Source: Candidatus Heimdallarchaeota archaeon (GTDB lineage Archaea > Asgardarchaeota > Heimdallarchaeia > Hodarchaeales > Hodarchaeaceae). From it: a stretch of DNA of 64,000 bases. Under the pieces are notes generated by a model. That model made no database searches and was not told the origin of the DNA. It saw only the letters and a list, made by a program, of their open reading frames with translations. The translations under genes were made by a program, and so were the position numbers. This document shows positions 58,925 to 64,000 of this stretch, in pieces (position 1 is the first letter of the stretch; the number at the start of each line of letters is the position of its first letter). The stretch is taken from positions 3,582,177-3,646,176 of the forward strand of contig CP070695.1 in assembly GCA_020353515.1 (NCBI GenBank), read 5' to 3'.

Positions 58925-59698
58925 ATGAGATGTCAAATTGTTTTTAATACATGGGAGAGTCGTGCATTCATTGCTAAAAGCATACTTAATCATCCAGATG
59001 TAAAAAAAGTTTTGAATAAGGGTGTAATAGCTCTTGGCCGAGGAATCACGAATGCTTATCTTCTTCGTGAGATGTTAGAGGTCACAAATAACACAGATTT
59101 TCAAGTTGATATTGATAATTATGTTGTAGGAGTTGTTGATGGATCTTTGTGGGCCAGTAATTCTGCCACACGAACTCCAGAGGTCGCGTTCTATAATGGA
59201 AAACCAGAATTTGAACCTATAACCAAAGCTATTGAGAAAGCAGATCTTGTAATTAAGGGGGGGAACGCTCTTGGTCCTGATTGGATCGCTGGGGTCTTAT
59301 GTGCACACCCTGCAGGTGGAACGATAGGATCAGTTTATGCTATAGCGATATCAAGAGGTATAAAGATTCTTGTACCAATTTCAATCAGCAAAATGATTCC
59401 TTACTCTGTTACAGATATTGTTCCAGATCTTGGAGGCCAACAGGCCATTGACTATGTTCGAGGAATGCCAGTTGGTCTTTTCCCTATAGTTGGTGGTGAA
59501 ATCTTCTCAGAAATTGAAGCCATAGAAACCTTAGCAAAGGTTGAAGTCTATCCAATAGGAGCAGGTGGGGTTTATGATGGAGCTGGAGCAACTATCTTTG
59601 AAATTTCTGGAGTAAAAGAAGAAGTGGATAAAATTATTGAGCTCTACGAGTTGGTTAAAGACACAAAACCATTAAATGTTGATTTACAACCCCACTAA
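58925..59698 (+). CDS. Conserved hypothetical enzyme (possible RpiA/CoA-transferase-like fold)
   Basis: GRGITNAY, IKGGNAL, HPAGGTIG, GAGGVYDGAG; SD-like AAGGAGG upstream. Confidence 0.7.
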   Translation: MRCQIVFNTWESRAFIAKSILNHPDVKKVLNKGVIALGRGITNAYLLREMLEVTNNTDFQVDIDNYVVGVVDGSLWASNSATRTPEVAFYNGKPEFEPITKAIEKADLVIKGGNALGPDWIAGVLCAHPAGGTIGSVYAIAISRGIKILVPISISKMIPYSVTDIVPDLGGQQAIDYVRGMPVGLFPIVGGEIFSEIEAIETLAKVEVYPIGAGGVYDGAGATIFEISGVKEEVDKIIELYELVKDTKPLNVDLQPH

Positions 59699-59941
59699 GA
59701 AAAATCTGACTGATCTTTTTTTCGTCGGACGATATGACTCTTTTCTTATCCTTTTTTTCATAATTTTTTCTTCGAAAACTAAATACGTCATTTTTTATTG
59801 AAATCTGTCATTTTTAGAGAACTTCATGATATTTCTACTTCTATATTCTCTGTAAGGATGAGTAAGGATATTTCAGTTCCTCAATGAAAATACTGAAATA
59901 AAGCGAAAGCTAGCACGTAAATTTATAGCTGATGATAAGAT

Positions 59942-60616
59942 TTGACTTATAATAGTATTTTTTCGACAGAAAGGAAAATTTCACAGGAAATTGAGAATCA
60001 AAAAGAATTACAAAGACTATTGAGCTTAAAAGGAATAACATCCGAAAAGGTAGTTAAAAAAACATGGATTCTTCTAAAAAAAATGCAGAAAGAATTACAC
60101 CTCCCTACATTATACCCAATTAAACAGCACTATCATTTCTATCTAAAATTGGATGAAATTCAAAAAATATTAAACCACTATCTAGATTTTTCTCAATTAA
60201 ACCAACTTTTTAATGAACTTACAGCGCTGCGAGACCTTCTTGGATTACCTGAAACAGCTTCTATATCTAAAATCATCACAACTATTTGGAAAGAACCTCT
60301 TGAGAGACTTGTTTCATTAGATATGGGATACGATTCTTTACTTCTAAAAATATTAATGCTTAATTCAACTACTAAAGACTCAACGAAAACTCAAAAAGGG
60401 CCATCTTTAACTCATGATCTGGATTTTACTTTATTATCAATTTTAAAAGCTTATGGGCCTCTTTCTCGTCCTGAACTAGTCCAATTAGCTGGTGCTCCTC
60501 GCAGTACTATTTATGATAGTTTACAAAGATTAATCACAAGGGGATTCGCCGTTCAATATACAAAAAAGAAAAATCCTGTAGGACGGCCAGTCACATTATT
60601 TGATGCATTAATATGA
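59942..60616 (+). CDS. Protein with C-terminal TrmB-like HTH (start uncertain)
   Basis: GPLSRPELVQLAGAPRSTIYDSLQRL...VGRPVTLF. Confidence 0.75.
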   Translation: MTYNSIFSTERKISQEIENQKELQRLLSLKGITSEKVVKKTWILLKKMQKELHLPTLYPIKQHYHFYLKLDEIQKILNHYLDFSQLNQLFNELTALRDLLGLPETASISKIITTIWKEPLERLVSLDMGYDSLLLKILMLNSTTKDSTKTQKGPSLTHDLDFTLLSILKAYGPLSRPELVQLAGAPRSTIYDSLQRLITRGFAVQYTKKKNPVGRPVTLFDALI

Positions 60617-60791
60617 AATAAGAGAATTTTACACATAAAAAGGGGTAACAACAGCGCGGGAGTTTCCTGGAGACTTTAAACGTTTGTGGAGAGTTAGTAA
60701 TACCTGGTACTTTCAGGCATGACTCTATGAATCAGGAATGAGTTGTTTTTATTGGTGTAAATATTTGATCTCAAGGAACGGTTCTTCATTT

Positions 60792-60815
60792 GCTACAAAA
60801 AGATTTATTTGTAGC
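60792..60815. terminator. 8-bp hairpin between convergent genes
   Basis: GCTACAAA-AAGATTTA-TTTGTAGC. Confidence 0.4.
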
Positions 60816-60858
60816 TGATATATTTGTGGTTTTTAGGGCAAGTATGTTTCTTCTATTC

Positions 60859-61155
60859 TCATTTGTTTTCAAAGTTCTCCTTTGATCGTGATTCCTTAAG
60901 CCATCTTACGACATCTTTCCTAGTAAATAATTCACCTGTTTCCATACACACCCATAATTCTTGTTTTATAGAATCTTCAGGAAGATAATGAAACCCAATA
61001 TAATAAATATAGTCAGGACAGATAGTATTGGAAAAAACTTTTGGTATCCTATGGGATTTTGAGATTTTCTTCTTCAACCAATGCTTACCGATAATATATG
61101 TATGGCCAGGTTTTCCTAGTACATGTTTCCATGTCATAAATAATTCAAATCCCAT
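60859..61155 (-). CDS. Small hypothetical protein
   Basis: 98-aa ATG ORF occupying an otherwise empty interval; no family recognised. Confidence 0.55.
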   Translation of the reverse strand: MGFELFMTWKHVLGKPGHTYIIGKHWLKKKISKSHRIPKVFSNTICPDYIYYIGFHYLPEDSIKQELWVCMETGELFTRKDVVRWLKESRSKENFENK

Positions 61156-61314
61156 TTCTATCTGATTATTCGAAACCTGAAATATATAAATTCATTACTT
61201 CTTTCATAAATCTCTCAGAAGAACCATCTAAGTCCTATTAAAATACTACTTTTATTGCTATATATGACACTAGAAGATTTGGACAATACTTGGTGAATAT
61301 GAGCGATTGAAAAC

Positions 61315-63024
61315 ATGAGCCTATTTCAAGATGTGATTGTTGAAGCAGAGAAGTGGTGTGAAAAAGGAACTTTTTATTACAAAAAGGGTCGCTTAACTGA
61401 AGCTGAGGAAGCCTATCGGACGGCATTGAAATATAAATCTAATCGGGCAAATATCTGGTATCATTTAGGAAATTGTTTATTCAAAAAAGGCTGCTTTTCA
61501 GATGCAGAGGAAGCTTACCAGACTGCTTTAGAACACAATTCTACTTCATCAAAAGCATGGTCACATCTAGGAATTTGTTTATATAAACAAAATAAAACCT
61601 TAGAGGCTGAGAGCTCTTTCAGAAATGCCATTAAACACGAACCTGGAAATATTAATGCCCGAAATAATCTGGGAAAACTACTTTACACGCAAAAACGTTT
61701 TAGAGAAGCAGAAGAGGAGTTCTGGTCGGCTTTACTGCGAGATCGTACCAATGCATCAGTTCTGAATAACCTAGGGGTATTATTGACTAAAAAAAATCGT
61801 TTAACAGAAGCAGAAGAAGCTTTTCAATTAGCTATAAAATCTGATTCAGGGAATGTAAAAGGATGGTACAACTTAGGAATCGTGTTTGAGAAAAAAAACA
61901 ACTTTGTTGAAGCCGAAAAAGCCTATCGAATGGTCTTAAAATATCAATCAACACATAAAAATACTTTAAAAAAGTTGAAGAATGTTTTAATGAAAATAGG
62001 CCAACTCAAAGAGGCCTATCAAATCGCTGTTAAACTTGACCCTCAAAATGCTGAGGCATGGTCAAAATTGGGGGATATTCTTTGGGAACAGGAACAGCTC
62101 GCTGAGGCTGAAAAAGCCTTTCAAACATCTCTAGAACATGATCCTTCTCAAACTGATACATGGGTGAATCTAAGTAGGCTGTTAAATGATCAAAATAAAT
62201 CTACTGAGGCAGAAAAAGCGAGTCTTGCCGCATTAAAAAATGAAAAGACCAATGTAGAGGCTTTGTATAACCTTGGAGTATCACTTACCAATCAAAGTCG
62301 TTTAGCGGAAGCGGAAAAAGTCTATCAGGAAATATTGGAGAATGATCCTTTTCATGCAAATACTTGGGGTATAATGGGAGATATATTACATAAACAAGGA
62401 TACTTTAAACAGGCAGAAAATGCTTTTCGCATCTCTCTAAAATATGAGGCTAATAAAGCCAGTACATGGTGTAATTTAGGGAACCTACTTGTCGAAAAAG
62501 GAACTCTAATGGAAGCAGAACAAGCTTATCATACTGCAATCCAATTGAAACCAAGATATAGCAAAGCTTGGTATAAGCTAGGTATTTTACTTGAAGTAAA
62601 AGAACAGAATATTGAAGCAGAAGGAGCATATCGTAACGCAGTAAAATATGATCCAAGTAATGACGAAGCTTGGTATAATCTAGGAGTGCTTTTACTTAAG
62701 CAACAACGGCTTAAGCAAGCAGAAGATGCTTTTCAAAGGGCAATAAAACATAACCCCCATCATACAAATGCATATTTTCATTTGGGAGAACTTTTGTCCC
62801 AAGAAAATAGATTAAGCGAAGCTGAAGAATTATTCTTGACGATTTTAAAACAAGAACCAAATAACCCTTATGTTTATGCCAATTTAGGAACTATTTTAGT
62901 AAAATTAAGACGATTTAGCGAAGCAGAGCAAGCTTTTCGCTTTACTTTACTTGCTGCACCTCCTGACTGGCATTTTCGATCCCAAATAGACATGATGCTT
63001 TCTAGCATTAAAAAAAAGAATTAA
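61315..63024 (+). CDS. All-TPR protein (about 16 repeats)
   Basis: 34-aa periodic AWYNLG...EAE.AY..A...P units across the whole ORF. Confidence 0.93.
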   Translation: MSLFQDVIVEAEKWCEKGTFYYKKGRLTEAEEAYRTALKYKSNRANIWYHLGNCLFKKGCFSDAEEAYQTALEHNSTSSKAWSHLGICLYKQNKTLEAESSFRNAIKHEPGNINARNNLGKLLYTQKRFREAEEEFWSALLRDRTNASVLNNLGVLLTKKNRLTEAEEAFQLAIKSDSGNVKGWYNLGIVFEKKNNFVEAEKAYRMVLKYQSTHKNTLKKLKNVLMKIGQLKEAYQIAVKLDPQNAEAWSKLGDILWEQEQLAEAEKAFQTSLEHDPSQTDTWVNLSRLLNDQNKSTEAEKASLAALKNEKTNVEALYNLGVSLTNQSRLAEAEKVYQEILENDPFHANTWGIMGDILHKQGYFKQAENAFRISLKYEANKASTWCNLGNLLVEKGTLMEAEQAYHTAIQLKPRYSKAWYKLGILLEVKEQNIEAEGAYRNAVKYDPSNDEAWYNLGVLLLKQQRLKQAEDAFQRAIKHNPHHTNAYFHLGELLSQENRLSEAEELFLTILKQEPNNPYVYANLGTILVKLRRFSEAEQAFRFTLLAAPPDWHFRSQIDMMLSSIKKKN

Positions 63025-63419
63025 TATTGATAGACTGGGAAAAATATATTTCTTGACCATTGAAAACTTATTTACTTTTCAAAGAGGCGTAAAGATCAGT
63101 TTGGATAGTTCCAATAATGCTGATGACAAGTTTCACACCAATAACAAAAAAATAATTCTAATTTCTCATCCTGATCTGAACTAATATATATTAACTCATT
63201 TTCACAGTTCGGACACGTAACCATTTTAATCATACAAATGAATGATGGATTTTATGTTTTTCATATCAAAAATAGGGAGATCTAAAACAATTATTGGAAT
63301 CTTTTTAACCTAGTTATAATATAGTAAAAATGGTTATAAATATTCTAGTTGATATTATTATTATTATCTGATCATTTTCTTAAATATCGTATAAACTATC
63401 TATAAAGGAAATAAAGATA

Positions 63420-64000
63420 ATGTTCAGGGTGTCATTTATTTCAACTGGGACTACAGCAAGTCAAACTCCTGTAATGGCTTCTATTAGTTATGAAATTGTA
63501 AAGAATTGGATAAAAGAAAAGCATGAAAAGCAATACGATTTCCCAATTGCTTGTATATTCGATTTTTCGAACATGTATTCAACTTTGTTATTTTTTGCTT
63601 CTGATAAGATTTTAATGAGGATGGGGGAACTTACATCGTTAATAGAAGAGATGAGATCATCAACAGAACCAGATTGGTCAAAATGTAGTTTTCCCTCTAA
63701 ATTTGTGCATAAAGATACGAATGAACCTCTATTTTTCATGATCCCTCTATTCCCACGAGGTATGACTAGTTTTCTATCAAAAACAGAGACTCTTGATTTG
63801 ACGAAGATTTTTTGGGATATTTCTCTTTTATTAGAAAAAGCGGGTACTCATTATATCTTTTTTGATTTACCAGTAATTGAAGTAAGAGAAAGAAAGAATG
63901 CAGTTATTCCTGCATTACTTAATTCAAACATTATTGTAGGAGTTGTCGATTGTAGTAAAGCGAAATATGAAGAATTATCAAGGGAAATAGAAAATCTAAT
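63420..64000 (+). CDS. Degenerate MinD/ParA-like P-loop protein, 3' truncated (not in ORF track)
   Basis: Open frame from ATG 63420 to the window end: MFRVSFISTGTTASQTPVMASISYEI...ACIFDFS...HYIFFDLP...ALLNSNIIVGVV. Confidence 0.7.
   Translation, partial: MFRVSFISTGTTASQTPVMASISYEIVKNWIKEKHEKQYDFPIACIFDFSNMYSTLLFFASDKILMRMGELTSLIEEMRSSTEPDWSKCSFPSKFVHKDTNEPLFFMIPLFPRGMTSFLSKTETLDLTKIFWDISLLLEKAGTHYIFFDLPVIEVRERKNAVIPALLNSNIIVGVVDCSKAKYEELSREIENL

Noticed and set aside
60640-60790. Slightly GC-richer intergenic patch as tRNA/ncRNA, or a 31-aa minus-strand ORF (60694..60789)
   Set aside because: No cloverleaf or recognisable RNA motif; the ORF is too short and featureless to support.
1558-63739. 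Short ORFs nested in or antisense to longer genes (e.g. 1558..1764, 10286..10546, 15881..16186, 44435..44857, 48959..49300, 57545..57886, 63488..63739)
   Set aside because: They overlap well-supported genes and show no motifs. 63488..63739 is antisense to the uncalled MinD/ParA-like frame.
1-64000. CRISPR arrays, rRNA/tRNA genes, IS elements, integrases, proviral genes
   Set aside because: No repeat-spacer periodicity, structured RNA genes or mobile-element proteins were seen by eye; a covariance-model scan would be needed to exclude small RNAs.

Overview
Gene-dense, AT-rich archaeal window, most consistent with an Asgard archaeon, probably Heimdallarchaeia/Hodarchaeales-like. This is an inference from the form III RuBisCO, archaeal ApgM, TldD/E, plant/protist-type TyrRS, stand-alone 7TM protein, tandem-Lrp regulator and poly-T terminators. 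About 54 coding regions are listed; no rRNA, tRNA, CRISPR array, transposase or integrase was seen. The content suggests an anaerobic heterotroph: LutB/CCG Fe-S oxidoreductase, a glycyl radical enzyme operon, acyl-CoA ligase, D-amino-acid salvage (racemase; GNAT plus NSAR/OSBS), a secreted protease cluster, DNA repair genes and two orphan DNA methyltransferases. Strongest leads: (1) an unassigned glycyl radical enzyme coupled to its activase and a single-chain tandem split-barrel flavoprotein; (2) an Archaeoglobus-type RuBisCO-like protein that has lost the K175/K177 loop, alongside an intact form III RuBisCO; (3) a membrane-tethered wHTH regulator locus with a 21-bp-phased AGAACA operator array and a neighbour interrupted by an in-frame TAG; (4) a maspardin (SPG21)-like hydrolase with an apparently intact triad; (5) a DNA methyltransferase fused to a degenerate copy of itself; (6) DUF6206 showing protein-kinase-like motifs; (7) an uncalled degenerate MinD/ParA ORF at the right edge. 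All family assignments come from motif recognition by eye, not database searches.
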